A stretch of 64,000 nucleotides of DNA, from NCBI RefSeq assembly GCF_009914755.1, contig NC_060925.1. The stretch is one strand, 5' to 3'. Position 1 is the first letter of the stretch. Every line of letters starts with the position of its first letter. The notes under the pieces were generated by a model. It saw nothing but the letters and a program-made list of their open reading frames with translations, was not told where the DNA came from and made no database searches. Below are positions 13,366-26,851 of the stretch, one piece after another. The translations under genes and the position numbers were made by a program. The stretch comes from the human T2T-CHM13v2.0 reference genome, Homo sapiens.

Positions 13366-13804
13366 GTTAGCGCTAGGCTCAAATGGTGTAAAATGTTGTA
13401 AAAGACCTGCAGTGAGATAACACACACAATGAAAATAAGGATAGATTATAAGACAGGGAAACATGGAGGTCAGGAGCATTTGCCACTAAAAATTTAGTCA
13501 ACATGAGCTTTGAAAGTGATTCTCAGTGACAGGTTATTTACTTTATTTGCTCTTTATGAATCACCGGGCTGATCTAATTAATTTAAGTGAGGGTTTGGGC
13601 AGGAGGAGTGAAGTTTAAAAGGGGATAAATAAAATTGTGATATCCTGTGAATCTCAGATTGTTGCTTATTAACTCCCAATTAGGAATAATTCATTCAAGG
13701 TTATCTACTATTTTCATTCTCAGAAATGTTTTCTCCTTTTTTTCACATTCCAATTAAAGTCTCACCCACCTGCCCTTTCAAGGAATCTATAACAATCTCA
13801 GCCT

Positions 13805-13847
13805 ATACACACGCACACACACACACACACATTTATATATATCACAC
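13805..13847. repeat. (CA)n/(TA)n microsatellite
   Basis: Seen directly in the sequence. Confidence 0.85.
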
Positions 13848-13934
13848 ATTTCCTAGAACAACACTGGACACAGGGAAAAAGTTTAATAAGCAGTTATGAC
13901 AATGTGGTAAAAAGAACTTTGCATAAAAAGTCAG

Positions 13935-14335
13935 TTCCTTGAACACACCAACTATTTTCTGCCTCAGGACCTTTGCAGATGCTGTTCCTTATGCCCAGCA
14001 CTGGCTCTGTCCCCACCCTACCCTCACCCCATCCCACCTCCTCCGTTTCAATAGCTGTCTGTTTCTAGTCTTCTGGTCTCATCGTGAATACAACCTAGTC
14101 ACTGAGACCTACTCTGACCACCCAATATAAAGCAGCCCCTCAGCTCCACTGTTCTCTCACACATGCTATTCTTCCTTTTTATTAGCAATCATTACAGTTC
14201 TTAATTTTGTATTTATTTTATTATTTCATTATTATCTCTTCACTACTACAGCATACGCACCTTTCTCCTTTAATACTAGAGGCTTGCTTTGCTCACCACT
14301 TTTCAGTAAGTATTTGTTGAACTAATTAATTAATG
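13935..14335 (+). mobile_element. L2 3' fragment
   Basis: gcctcaggacctttgcagatgctgttcc ... cagtaagtatttgttgaa. Confidence 0.7.
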
Positions 14336-14924
14336 ATGTCACCTAATGCGTAAGACACCAATACACCAATATTGCCCAGCACTTTTTTGGCTGCCCTCAT
14401 TGTTCTCCCTGAGGTAAAAAGGGTCTTTTCTTTTTTTAACCAATGTTGCAACTCTTTTATCAAGATCCGCCAAAAGGGGCCCAATATGTTTGATATTTTA
14501 CAGTACTTTCTATGTTGACTTATTTTTTAATCAAACATACTCAGTTTCTTATCTCCCCTTCTCTCAAATTTGGGGCAAAGGCCTACAGGCTGGAGGGAAA
14601 ACAATGAAGTAATGCATATATTGTGTCCAGAGGATCCCACCCCATAGAAATGCAACCAGTGTTCTAGGACAGAGCCCAGGCACTTCATTGTCCTGAGTCT
14701 GTTTGTCCCTTAACCACCAAGACCTTCCTGAGAAACTGAAAGTGGTCTTTCCTCCCAGCCCCTTGTTTCCCATGCCTTGGTATGAGGGACAAATTGATAG
14801 TTCCACTCTAACTTTTTCTTGACTTTTTGGAGATCTATTAGGTTTTCAATAAATGGCACCCTCTTCACCTCAGATTCCCCAAGATAAGCATGAGATTAGT
14901 ATCTGTTCTGGGACCCTTGATATT

Positions 14925-15030
14925 TGGTAATAAAGTAACACATCCACCTCACAAGGTTTAATAACCAAATGAAATAATAGCATTCTGTAAACTGGTAAGT
15001 GCTACACAAATGTTACCTTTTATTACTATG
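14925..15030 (+). mobile_element. MIR 3' fragment
   Basis: cctcacaagg...tgtaaactggtaagtgctacacaaatgtta. Confidence 0.5.
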
Positions 15031-15131
15031 ACACAATACCACAAGCATGGTAGAAACATTAGACATGCATGGCTTACGACTGCTGTGGGCTGGCAAACAT
15101 AAACAAGATTTATAAAAAGATAAGGAGATGG

Positions 15132-15585
15132 GATCAGACAGGGTATTTAGTGCTGTAAGTAACAGAAAACTTAGCTAAAGGATGTGTAAACATAACATAA
15201 AGTCCTGAGGTAGGGGGAGGCTCCAAGGTTGATTAATTTGTGGCTAAATTATACCATCAAGGACCCATGTTTTTCTTTCTGCTCTGCCATCCTTGGCATG
15301 TGGGCAAGCAATCCTCAAGACCACGTTTGCAGGTATTACATCTTCACACAGAATATCCAGAATTCCTCAACAGATTTTCTTTCATATTCCATTGTCTAGA
15401 ACTAGATTAAATAGGCAGCCCTAAACAAATCACTTGCTTGGAAGTAGATTTATCATGGCTAGCCTGGACCAATCAAGATAAATCCCACTGCAACTGGAGG
15501 TGAAAGCCACTTCAGCCAGGGCACAGAGAAAGTGGACACCTACACGAAAAGTGAAAAAGTGCATTTTGAGTAGTCAGCCTGCTGA
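15132..15585 (-). mobile_element. MaLR solo LTR, MLT1K/L-like
   Basis: gtaagtaacagaaaac, catcaaggaccca, tttctgctctgccatcctt, ccctaaacaaatcact, gaccaatcaagat. Confidence 0.6.
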
Positions 15586-15919
15586 ACTTTTATCTAGTTT
15601 CCAAATTTTCCACATTGAATTTATTTGACAGTCACAAAGAAGTTACTTTTTTAAAAAAAGTTCAAACACATAAATGCATAAGTGACTACAACTGGAAAAA
15701 TGTGCAAATAAATATTTCTATCTTTCTTCAGTCTCACCATCATCCTTAGTCTACCCTGGTTAGCTGGCCACACTCACATTCAAAGAGCTTTAGCAGCATT
15801 TAACCTCTACATAGCTATTGCTTTTTTGTATGTAGTGCCATATACAATACCAGCTTAAGAAAACACAGGGCCTGGAATTTAACCAGAATCCATATTTCCA
15901 AATTTGATGGAGAAGACTG

Positions 15920-17210
15920 TGGACTCCTTGTTGCATCTTTCTTATGGTACACATCACACTTTTCTTTGAATTATATAGCTACTAGATTATAGCAACTCTT
16001 AAGTCAGAGTCTACAATTTAGTCATCTTTGTATTTGCTGAGGCATTTAGCACAATGCCTTGGACATAATATCTCATAATTTTCTCAACAAATATCTCTTT
16101 AAGTGAAAGTAATCCACCAATTAATAAATTAATGTATTAATAAATCAACTGATTTTTTGATTGTACACATGCCCTAGGAAAAGTGCTAGGCCATGTTTTA
16201 ATACATACACACACAAGGAAGGTAAAGTGTCCCTGCTTTCAAGAAACTTTCAACCTCACGGTGAAGGAAAAGCTATCGCACATAAGCCAAATAAGTGCTA
16301 CACTGTGTCATATTGCTATAACTAAAATAGAAATTCAGAGAAGAGAAAGACAAGCACAGACCATGCTGCAAAGCAATTCCAGCAAAGCATCTGCTCTCTA
16401 ACCACAGACCATGACCTCATAGGCTACCCACCAGGCTTCTCCCATCCAATCTGACATGTTCTGCTCCAGTTCAATCCACTTAGTCAACCAATCTATTGAG
16501 CCCATATACTTAATTGTTCCCATACAAGAAAACCTGTAATTGTCTACTAAAATTTTAAAAATAAGCAAAACATATGCCTATATCTATACTTATTTAAGTC
16601 TACTGAGTCTAGGGGTGGTTCTTGAGAGAAGACTGGATACATTCCAGGTTATTCCAAAAGTTCAAATCTACTGTTACCTAGACAAATCTCCTCCCTTTAA
16701 TTTGAGAATTTCTCCTTATCTCATCCTTTCATTGATCTAGCTAACCACTCATAAATTCCATAAATAGGAGATTTCAGTTTAGAAAGAGAAACAAAATATG
16801 TGTATCCATAATCAAAATAAAGAAGGAAGGTGTTAATTGCCTTAGGAGAGGGCAGATGAAGTGCTATGAAATCGCTTCTAGGCAGAAGAGGTCAACAAGT
16901 GCTCCATCAACAAGAAAGAAATGAGCTGGCCCTTCAAGGTAGATGGGAATGAGACATATAGACATGATGGGGAAACAGCATTATCAAAGCCATAGAGAAG
17001 ATTTTTTAAATTATATATATATATATATACACATACATATACAAAAGCATACACACAGAAGAGTTAGGATAGCTTAATCTGATGGGAGGACAGGATGCTG
17101 GAGTTAAAGATATAAATGTAAACTTGAAACATAGTATAGAGGGAATTGGATCTAATTGTGGGGATAGGAGAGAGCCAGTGAAAGTTTCTGAGAAGGGGAA
17201 GTGCCTTGCT
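15920..17210. mobile_element. Cluster of L2 fragments in both orientations
   Basis: ttagcacaatgccttggacata (plus); gtgctaggccatg...cctgctttcaagaaac and gagctggcccttcaagg (minus). Confidence 0.5.
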
Positions 17211-18264
17211 ATCACCCAGACATCAGCTACTTTTGTTGAGTAAGAGGACTGCCTACTAACTAAGTCTCTTAGTTAACAGTTTTATTAATTCTGACTATTC
17301 AGAATAGGTATATCCACTAAGTACACCTACAAGGGATACCTTCCATTTTTATTTCCAACATCTACCTTTCCCTTAGAAAAGAGTTTTATTGCTTGTGCTA
17401 TGGTAGTCCTGGAATGTTCCCACTCTGTCTTGGCTGTGTCATGCCATCAACCTAAAAATAGATGTTAATTAACAAGGTTATTTCTAACTTGCATTGTTAA
17501 AAGAGAGAAAAACAGTGATGAAACACAGAAAGAGTATCAAATTAACCAAGGCTGGAACCAAATTCTAATTCAAAATTCCCACCTCAAAGATATTCAATTC
17601 ACTAAATAGTCTCTTTTTTTCTGAATCAGATAGTCATTATCCAAATTTCCTATCCCCAATGTGATAATATAGTGTGATGAGACATGCCCCAACAGAACAT
17701 AAATTGACTTTTGGAGCATAGATGCTACATAGAGTGTGTGGGTGGTAACGCAAATATCTCACTCTATTATCTGTTGTCTCTGAACCAACAGATTACATGG
17801 TTCACTGAGTAGCTGAATAACTTTTAGACAGTTTGCTCATGTCTATTTACACATATTCCACAGAAATATATTAACGACTAAGAAACCATTGTAAAAACTA
17901 TATGGCGAGATGGATAGACGAGAACATCAATCACTCCGTGTACATTTCTGTAGAGAAGACAAAAGTTTTACATGGCAAAGGTAATGGGGAAAAACATACA
18001 TATGCATATTTGTATGTTGTGGCCACTACAAGGTGTAAATTCCATACAGTAATAGAGGCAGTCCAAGAAAACATGTCACATAATCTTCTAGAGACTTTCA
18101 TCTATCTGGGATATGTGTTATATATTTTTACAGTGACGGGTTTAAGATTTATGTTTGTGCTCTAAAATAATTTACTGGGCAAATGTATTTTTAATAAGAA
18201 AGGCATGATTCATGTTCATTTAATAATCATAGAAATAATAGAAGTTTTCTGATTTACACTTTTT

Positions 18265-18531
18265 AAATATTTGATTTGATTTGATTTGAAGTTCTTGGGT
18301 ACATGTGCAGGATGTGCAGGTTTGTTACATAGGTAAACATGTGCCATGGTGGTTTGCTGCACCTATCAACCCATCACCTAGGTATTAAGCCTCAGATGCA
18401 TTAGCTATTTATCCTGATGCTCTCCCTCCCTCACTCCCCAACAGGCCCCAGTGTGTGTTGTTCCCTTCCCTGGGTCCATGTGTTCTCATTGTTCAGCTCC
18501 ACTTATAAATGAGAACATGTGGTGTTTCATT
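18265..18531 (-). mobile_element. 5'-truncated L1PA (L1PA8/10-like) 3'UTR with 15-bp TSD
   Basis: gggtacatgtgcaggatgtgcaggtttgttacataggtaaac...gagaacatgtggtgtt. TSD TGATTTACACTTTTT at 18250-18264 and 18532-18546. Confidence 0.9.
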
Positions 18532-18541
18532 TGATTTACAC

Positions 18542-18663
18542 TTTTTTTGAGACAGAGTCTTTATATGTTGCCCAGGCTGGTCTGGAACTTTTGGGTTCAA
18601 GCAATCCTTATACCTCAGGCTCCTGAGTCGCTGGAACTACAGGCATGTGCCATAGCACCCAGC
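18542..18663 (-). mobile_element. Free Alu monomer (FLAM)
   Basis: tttgagacagagtct...gttgcccaggctggtct...actacaggcatgtgcca...cccagc, ~120 bp, flanked by TACACTTTTT. Confidence 0.85.
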
Positions 18664-18679
18664 TACACTTTTTCTGTAC

Positions 18680-19345
18680 TGGGGTGCACTGAGTAACGTA
18701 AGGGACTGCACTGTGATGCAGTAAGTAAGAGGGAACTGTACTGTGATACAGTAGGTAAGATAGGGGATGGCACTATGATGCAGGAGGTAAGATTAGGGAA
18801 TTGCACTATGATACAGTAGGTAAGATAGGGGACTGCGCTATGAGGCAGCAGGTAAGGGGGACTACATTGTGATGCAGAAGGTAAGATAAAGGACTACACT
18901 CTAATACAGTGGATAAGATAGGGGACTGCACTGTGATGTACTGAGAAAGACAGAAGACTGCACTGTGATGCAGAGGGTAAGGTAGTGGACTGCACTGTGA
19001 TGCACTGGGGTAAGATAGGGGACTGCATTGTGATACAGTGGGTAACATAGGAGACTGCACTGTGATGCAGGGGGTAAGATAAAGGATTGTATAGTGTTGC
19101 AGAGGGTAAGGTAGGGGACTGCACTGTGATGCAGTGGGGAAGATAGGGGACTGCACTGTGATGCAGGGAGTAAGATAGGGGACTGCACTTTAATACAGTG
19201 GGTAAGCTAAGGTACTGTCATTTGCCATAGTAAGACAGAGTACTATCCTATGATATAACAAGTATGACTGGGTATGTTTAACTGTGCTAAAGCAGGTAAG
19301 GCAGAGAACTACATTGTGTATAATCGGTAAGAAGGGTGCTATACT
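18680..19345. repeat. Minisatellite, ~20 units of ~32 bp, consensus GGTAAGATAGGGGACTGCACTGTGATGCAGTG
   Basis: Units start at about 18754, 18786, 18819, 18851, 18880, 18912, 18944, 18976, 19009, 19041, 19073, 19105, 19138, 19170 and 19201. Units are degenerate at both edges. Confidence 0.95.
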
Positions 19346-19349
19346 ATTT

Positions 19350-19620
19350 ACTCTGTTCCTCAGACATAATCAGTCTCTATACCTTTGTTCCTTCTGTTAT
19401 CTCAGCCATAACACCTTATCTTTGCCAAGGTATAGCACACAATTCACTTCCTCTACTTTGTTTTCTAGTTTGTATTAAACAGATTTGTTACATATATTTT
19501 CTTCCTCCTCTGTCACACTATAAATTTCTTTAGGGATATTTTAAATACTAGATTTTATTCATCTTTGTACTCCCACATTGCCTAATACACTGCTGGGCAG
19601 AGAAATGACCCTCTTAGATG
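19350..19620 (+). mobile_element. L2 3' fragment
   Basis: acactataaatttcttta...ttattcatctttgtactcccacattgcctaatacactgctgggca. Confidence 0.55.
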
Positions 19621-20572
19621 AGGTGACCTAAAGTCATCACTGAAATGAACTAAGTCCTGAATAACTGTGCTCTGGAAAGCAAAAGACGGTAAATAGAATG
19701 TAGAAAACCTAGGACCCAAGAAGAGAAACCTGGAGACCTAGCTGTATTACTAAAAGTGCCCAAGGCTAAAAGTTTACATATTAAACTAGCCTCAACCTTC
19801 CAGAGTCCAGGTCAAATTACATCAGCCTCTCCTGTTGATTTTCAGATTCTATACTCAATGTATCTTCAACCATTTCTAAAGTTCAAATGTTATCTTTGTG
19901 CCTAGAAACATGTCCTCAGAACCACAAATGAGAACATTTCTAAGGACTTAATGAAATTCTACTGAAATTGTGGTTGAATGAATTACATTTCTGTATCACT
20001 AAACCAACCAACAAACAACGAAAGTCACAAGATTATCATTGTAAGGTTAACTCCTAGAAAGTTCAAAACCAGATCATTCAACTCATCTGTGTCTCCCACT
20101 GAGGTTTCTTTGTCATTTGAATCAGACTTTCTTAGGCTTACTCAGACTCTTAAAAACACAATTGCAATCTACCCTCTTGGAGACACTTCACTTAAATTCA
20201 TGGACTGAGGTGTCTGAACTATTGTTTAAATGTCATAAGTCAATTTGGGGAAAAGAGGAAGTAGGATAACTTTAACAACCTGTAGAAGTTCCACTTTTCC
20301 CATTAAGGTCAACTAAATTAAACTGAACAATTAAAGGAAAGATGGCTTTTCTTCTTTTTATTTATTTATTTGTTTATTTTTTACTAGTCAGCTCTCTCCT
20401 CATACCACCCATAATTTAGATCATTTAGGGTATAATCAATAAAAAGCACCATTGTTTACAGCTCAATTGCCTTAAGTTGTTCTTTGTTCAAAAGGACATA
20501 AGTTACTAGCAGGCAGAAATGGATGATTCTAACTTGGACAAATATTTGATATGTCCAAATTAAAATCTCCCC

Positions 20573-20932
20573 TGATATGGTTTGGCTGTGCCCCCACCCA
20601 AATCTCATTTTGAATTGTGACTGTCATAATCCCTACATGTCATGGTAAGGGCCCAGTGGAAGGTAATTGAATCATGGGGGCAGGTTTTTCCCACGCTGTT
20701 CTCATGACAGTGAATGAGTCTCATGAGATCTGATGGTTTTATAAAGGGGAGTTTCCCTGCACATGCTGACTTAACTGCCACCAAAGTCGTGTCTTGCTCT
20801 TCCTTTGCCTTCTGCCATGATTGTGAGGCCTTCCCAGCCATGCTGAACTGTAAGTCAATTAAACCTGTTTCCTTTATAAATCACTCAGTCTCTGGTATGT
20901 CTTTATTAGCAGCCTGAGAACGGATTAATATA
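20573..20932 (+). mobile_element. THE1 (THE1B/C-like) solo LTR
   Basis: tgatatggtttggctgtg...cccacccaaatctca...gtatgtctttattagcagc...gagaacggattaata; ~360 bp. Confidence 0.9.
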
Positions 20933-21651
20933 CACCCCAACTTCATGCCTACTTCCTTTAATACCCAGTAACCTGGCATTTATAGCTACTTTTATATTTG
21001 GGCTGAATACCAGTAAAATTTTTCTTCCTGTAAACAGAAATCATAAGAAGAACATTTCTTGGATTCCAATTGAAAATTAACATGATTCCAAACTTTATTT
21101 CAACACAATTAAATATTGCTATCTGCTGCTGGTGTCCTCACTTAAAGCCAAGTGTAAAAAGCAAAGTTCCAAGACTAATTACCTTTCCCTTTTGCTGCTC
21201 TGCTGCCAGAGCTGCAGTCGCTGAGAATAATCTTCAGAAGCTTGGCTTTATTTCTAGAGCAATGAATCCAATTTTAAGCATTTTTCGATATCTCTTTTTG
21301 GAGCCTTCCAAATAACAATAAGATATATCTCATCTAGTCCACTCTAGCAAGCACGAAGCTCATTTTTTACAATTCTGATCTAGATGTAAGAAAATTAAGA
21401 ACTTAGTCAAATAGGACCCTGAAGCAACACTCACTCTGTGTAAAAACGGCATGGCATGTGCAACCTTCAGGCCAGTATCCGTTTCCACAGGGTGAGTGGT
21501 CACAATAAAATAGAAAAGAGTGACTAGAAAATTCCTGCTTCTTCCAGCTCAGACCCTCCAGCTAGCTCAAGATTTAAATGTACCACTGACCAATTTTACA
21601 ATGTCCTATATTTCTGTTTACTTGTGCTGATCAGAAAATAAGCAGATTTGG

Positions 21652-22036
<385 letters not shown>

Positions 22037-22094
22037 TTACTAATATCAAGCTCACTGCTACCATCCACTAGTTTTTAGTTTATTTTGATTAAAA

Positions 22095-22205
22095 ATGTTC
22101 TGTATACATTTTTATATACATTATAAATTTATACATTTGTATATATGTATACATATATTTATGTATACATAATGTAATATATACATTACAATACAATTCT
22201 GTATT
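22095..22205. repeat. AT-rich low-complexity (TATACA-like) tract
   Basis: Seen directly in the sequence. Confidence 0.7.
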
Positions 22206-23857
22206 GTAATAAGAAGCTTGACATATTTTTCAGAAATAGGAATTCTAAATATTAACAAATACATCAGACATAAAACAGACAGCCCCTACATAATTTACAA
22301 TTTCAGTAACAGTAACCACCTTGTTTTGAAATTATCTACTTTCTACAAAGAGAACAAACAATGTCCAGAAGAACAGTTACCTGTGTACAGCTGTAGCCTC
22401 CACTGAAAAAGGGCAAAAGAGAGGAGGGTTTTTGGTTAATTGGTCAGCAAAGGTATTTATCAGTTTGTACCTATACAGTGTACAACACATAAGAATAAAA
22501 CACATTTCTGCTTCAAATGACTAACAACAATCTAATTATTTGGAGTGAAGGCACTGAATAAAGTAGAGAAAAGAATTGTGTATTGGGCTTTGGAAAAACT
22601 GAGGAAAACAGGTTTATATTATCAGTAGTCCATTATAAAGATAAGGAAATATATTATAAGACGTGAACTAACTTGCATGGCTACCACTTGAACACACCCT
22701 AAAGCAAATGCAATTGTTCTTACTAAACCATTTTTCCAAGGCTAGGGTACACATTTACCAACTTTTGATCCATAGAATGTGAGTGAGATAAAGTATTCTG
22801 AGATTATTAACAATACATTACGATTACTAGAAAACTATTAGTTTTAAATGTTCATTGAGTAAGCTTCCATTTACTTAAAACCCAATGAGTGAATTAAAAA
22901 TTCCCTTCCAGGAGGCTCTTGAATGATGTGTTTCAATGATTTTTTCCTTTAAGGACATTCTGTGTTTTTGAGATGCAAATTGCAGCTGCCCTCAGTGACT
23001 GACATGTGATTGTAAATGTACTATGAATCACTAAAGACAATATACACCTATTTTTTAGTGGTAGGTTTTAAATGCATAGCTCTCAAATAGTTCTCACTAC
23101 GATGAGTCAGTTTTTCTGAATATAAAATTTGGCCTCTGACACTTTACCTCTTTTTACCTTCTGTGAACGTTTGCTCACTTGTTTCCCTCGCCTGAGACTG
23201 TTTTACTTTAAAATCAAATGGAAAATCTGTATTAAATGCTAAACTTAATTTAATAAATATATCATAAAATTCCAACTTTTTGCAAATTTATTCCTAAGAA
23301 ACCATCTCACAATGATCTTTCCCCTTAGAGATCATTTTGTATGTAGTAAGATTTGTTCTGTTTTGTCATTTAGGAGTTTTACCTAAGGATATGTCTTGTT
23401 TCTCTAACTAAATGCCATGCTTCTAAAGCAAAGGGATCCTTTTTATTTCATTTATATCTGAATTGCCTATGATATGTTTGGCAACAGATTAGGTATGTTA
23501 TAAATGTTATTTGAGAAGATAAAATCAAAGATGAAAGTCGTTGTGAGATGTGACATCTATAGTTAAATTTTATATTTGTGGGTTTTTTTAAATCTTGATA
23601 TTTTCAGATAAGACTTTTACATAATTAAGCAGGTAAAGCAGTCATTCATTAAATATTTATTAAACATCTACTATGGGTCTAACACCATGCTAGGTGCTAC
23701 AAATAATATAAAATTATAAATAATGGACTTTGCCTGCGCCCACCCGGAACCAGCAGTTCTCCAAGCACCCAGCATCCAGCAAGATGCACTGTGCACCAAC
23801 GGAGTCATGTTCTTCTCTTACTTTAAAGTCTTCAGGGCACTGCCTTGCCCACAGGAC

Positions 23858-24277
23858 CGATATGGTTTGAATCTGTGTCCCCACCCAAATCTCATGTGGA
23901 ATTGTAATCTCCAGTGTTGGAGGTGGGGCCTGGTAGAAGGTGATTTGATCACGGGGCAGATTTCTCACAAATGGCTTAGCACCATCCCCTTGGTACTATC
24001 CTCACGATAGTGAGTGAGTCTTGGGAGATGTGGATGTTTAACGTGTAGCACCTCCTCCTCCTCTTTTGCTCCTGCTCTGGCCACGTGACATGCCTGTGCC
24101 CCCTTCGCCTTCCGCCATGATTGTTAAGTTTCCTGAGGCCTCCCCAGAAGCCAAGCAGACAACAGCATCATGCTTCCTGTACAGCATGCAGGATCATGAG
24201 CCAATTAAATCTCTTTTCTTTATAAATGACCCAGTCTCAGGTATTTCTTTATAGCAGTGTGAGAATAGACTAATACA
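23858..24277 (+). mobile_element. MST (MSTA/B-like) solo LTR
   Basis: gatatggtttgaatctgtgtccccacccaaatctcatg...cagtctcaggtatttctttatagcagtgtgagaatagactaataca. Near-TSD AGGAC/AAGAC. Confidence 0.9.
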
Positions 24278-26289
24278 AAGACCATCTGTAATCCAGTCCC
24301 AGTTGTTACATCTTCTACTACTCATCCTATACTCCATCTTTAGTCCAGGCACAAGAAACTTGCTGGTGTACTTACTTCTTAATCATTTATTAGTTCATCC
24401 ATTCTGTCAAGAAAAAAAAAAAACCCTTATCAGGCAATTGCGCAAAACCTTTTGCTAGGTGATAAGAATATAGATGAGCTTGTAATCTAGTGACAGACAC
24501 ATTGCATTGGGCAAACAGTGACTGCGTAGCAGCAATGACTACTCAGCTAGGTTGGCTTGCTCATTTTCCTAGATTTCTGTGGTAAGGTAGCAACAAGCTT
24601 AGAGATTCAGACACTGTGCTACTTAGCCAGACAGCCAAAGCACTATCAGCATGGTGTCAGCGCCCCCTCCCCTAACCCCGAAAGCAGCTGACCCACGGGA
24701 CAGCACTAAGCTGGTGAGCCAGGAAGCAGATGGCATGAGTGGTGTGTTACTCTGTCATGAAGGAGCCAACTCTAACATACAGGCAAGTAGTTTAGTAGAC
24801 ACACACAGAAGCCTGCAGCTGTCCTCTAAAGGGAGGTGGCAAGAAATGAAGCAGAAAGTCCTGCTCTCAGTCACAACCAGGGAGATGAATGAGGAAGCCC
24901 CTCATAGCAACCTCCCACGAGATATGATAAACTGTCTCGTGGTGGCTTCTTTCCAGGTTCATCTCCCATTACTCCAGGAGATATCTCAGGGCACTGTACC
25001 AGACTCAGGTCAGGTCATGACCACGCCTTGCCTACTTAGCCCATGTGGAAATATGCAAGGTCACCAGGGCACCACAAGTGAGCCATTCCCCTACGCAAGT
25101 AAAGAGAAATGCAGTGCCATATGTGTGATGGCAGAAAAATGCTCTGAGAACTGTGGGAACATATAGGAGGGTGCCCTAGCCTAATAATGCAATATGCCTT
25201 TTCAGATGCTTGATCTGCCTAAATGTCTCTACCTCATAAAGATTTGTCCAAATCAAGTCCAGGGTAAAAAGTTCCCACCACCTCCTTTGGTCGCCTTCTC
25301 CTAGCATTCTAGGCTGAGTAAATTGCTCTTTCCTCTGTATATTCAGAGTCCTTAATTCACATCTGTGTTTATTATTTGCCATAAACCATGTATTTATTTA
25401 TAGGCCAGGCACTGCCTAAGGCACTGTAGACACTGCAATGAACAAAATGGAAAGAGCCTTTCCCTCACGGGGCTTACATTTGTCCTGTTCTATTCTGTCC
25501 TTTCAGTCTATCTCTAAAACTCTTGAAATTGTCTAATAGCCGAGATCCCCTGAAAGATCAAAAGCATCACTTCCTTTCATAAAGTGTATTTAATTCACAG
25601 TAGGAGAAACAAATCTATAATGCAGTTTCAAATTTATATAACAATGCAATAAAATTTCACAAAACTTCTTTTTGCCATACAGCTCCTAAGAGGAAAAATA
25701 TTATACTGGTGAAAGGTGTGCTTATAATTATCATAATGCAGGCATTCAAGTCTAATAGAAGGCTTGTTAAATTCAACTTATGGCTTACATTGTTTTAAAA
25801 AGCACTGGAAAAGTTTTCCTATCCAAATTAATAATACTATCTGGCATAGCCAAGTTCTTTCCATTTACTTTTCCCCTTCTCTTATTGTAGTGGTTTTTAA
25901 TTCCTGTCTGAATTTTGGAGGAAGGAAGGCTTTTTCCTAAGTTGTCTTTTACTCAAAAGCCCTTTTTTCTCCTGATTAGCAAGAGCAATTTAACCATCTT
26001 GTAAATTTCATGTCAATATGTAACCCCACGGAAATAAGTCACATATCAATTCTTTAAAGATGTAGGATTTCTTCTTAACGGATTTTTGCAATTCTGCAAA
26101 AAAAAAATTATAGAGCTGTGAGATGACTGCTCTCCTTGTTAGAACATCTATCCCCAGCCTAGTGCTATGCACTTAGCTGTACAGAAGAATACAAAGAATG
26201 GACTCTGTCTCTCTGAGGATAAAGGCTATGTCTGCCATGTTCACCACTACAGCTCAAAGTCTAGCATGTGGTACAATGCAGTAACTAGG

Positions 26290-26495
26290 AGAATGTGCTC
26301 TACAGTTAGAAGCCCTATGCTTCAACCCTGGCTTTCAAGCTGAGATCTGGAAAAATGTCTATTTGAGATCTCCATGCCTCTGTTTTCTTTTTGTAAAGAG
26401 GGGATAATAAGATCATTGTGGGGATTAAATCAATAAAGTGCTCAGTAAAGTACATGATACAAAGCATGAGCTCAATCAATAGTAACTATTATATT
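26290..26495 (+). mobile_element. MIR nested in an L2 tail
   Basis: gcctctgttttc...tgtaaagaggggataataa...ctcaatcaatagtaactattat. L2 pieces on both sides (26200-26280, 26500-26530). Confidence 0.6.
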
Positions 26496-26801
26496 AAATT
26501 ATCAATAAGCATTTGTTGACTGAATGACCCTCAATGAATTACTCAGTATCATAACCGATTTCTGAGCTTAACTGACATCCATCTATCCATACCTCATCTG
26601 TGTCCTACTATTTCCAACCATTGGTTCATTCTCTTCCTTTGTCCTTAAGACCACCTTTCAGCCTGTCTTTCAGTCCTTCAGGCTTTTTCTTCAACCTATC
26701 TATCTATTCTTCCTGCAACCTCTTAGATACTGACTAAGCAACTCACCTCCAAATATGGACTGACAGACTGATAACTACTCCAGTTTTTAAAGAGGTGTGC
26801 A

Positions 26802-26851
26802 GACACACACACACACATACACACACACACACACACACGACACACACACAC
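26802..26851. repeat. (CA)n microsatellite, interrupted
   Basis: Seen directly in the sequence. Confidence 0.95.

Noticed and set aside
18680-19345. CRISPR-like appearance (32-bp partly palindromic repeats) and repetitive ORFs of 76-116 aa
   Set aside because: Units are head-to-tail with no unique spacers, there are no cas genes and the context is primate. The ORFs simply reflect the repeat period.
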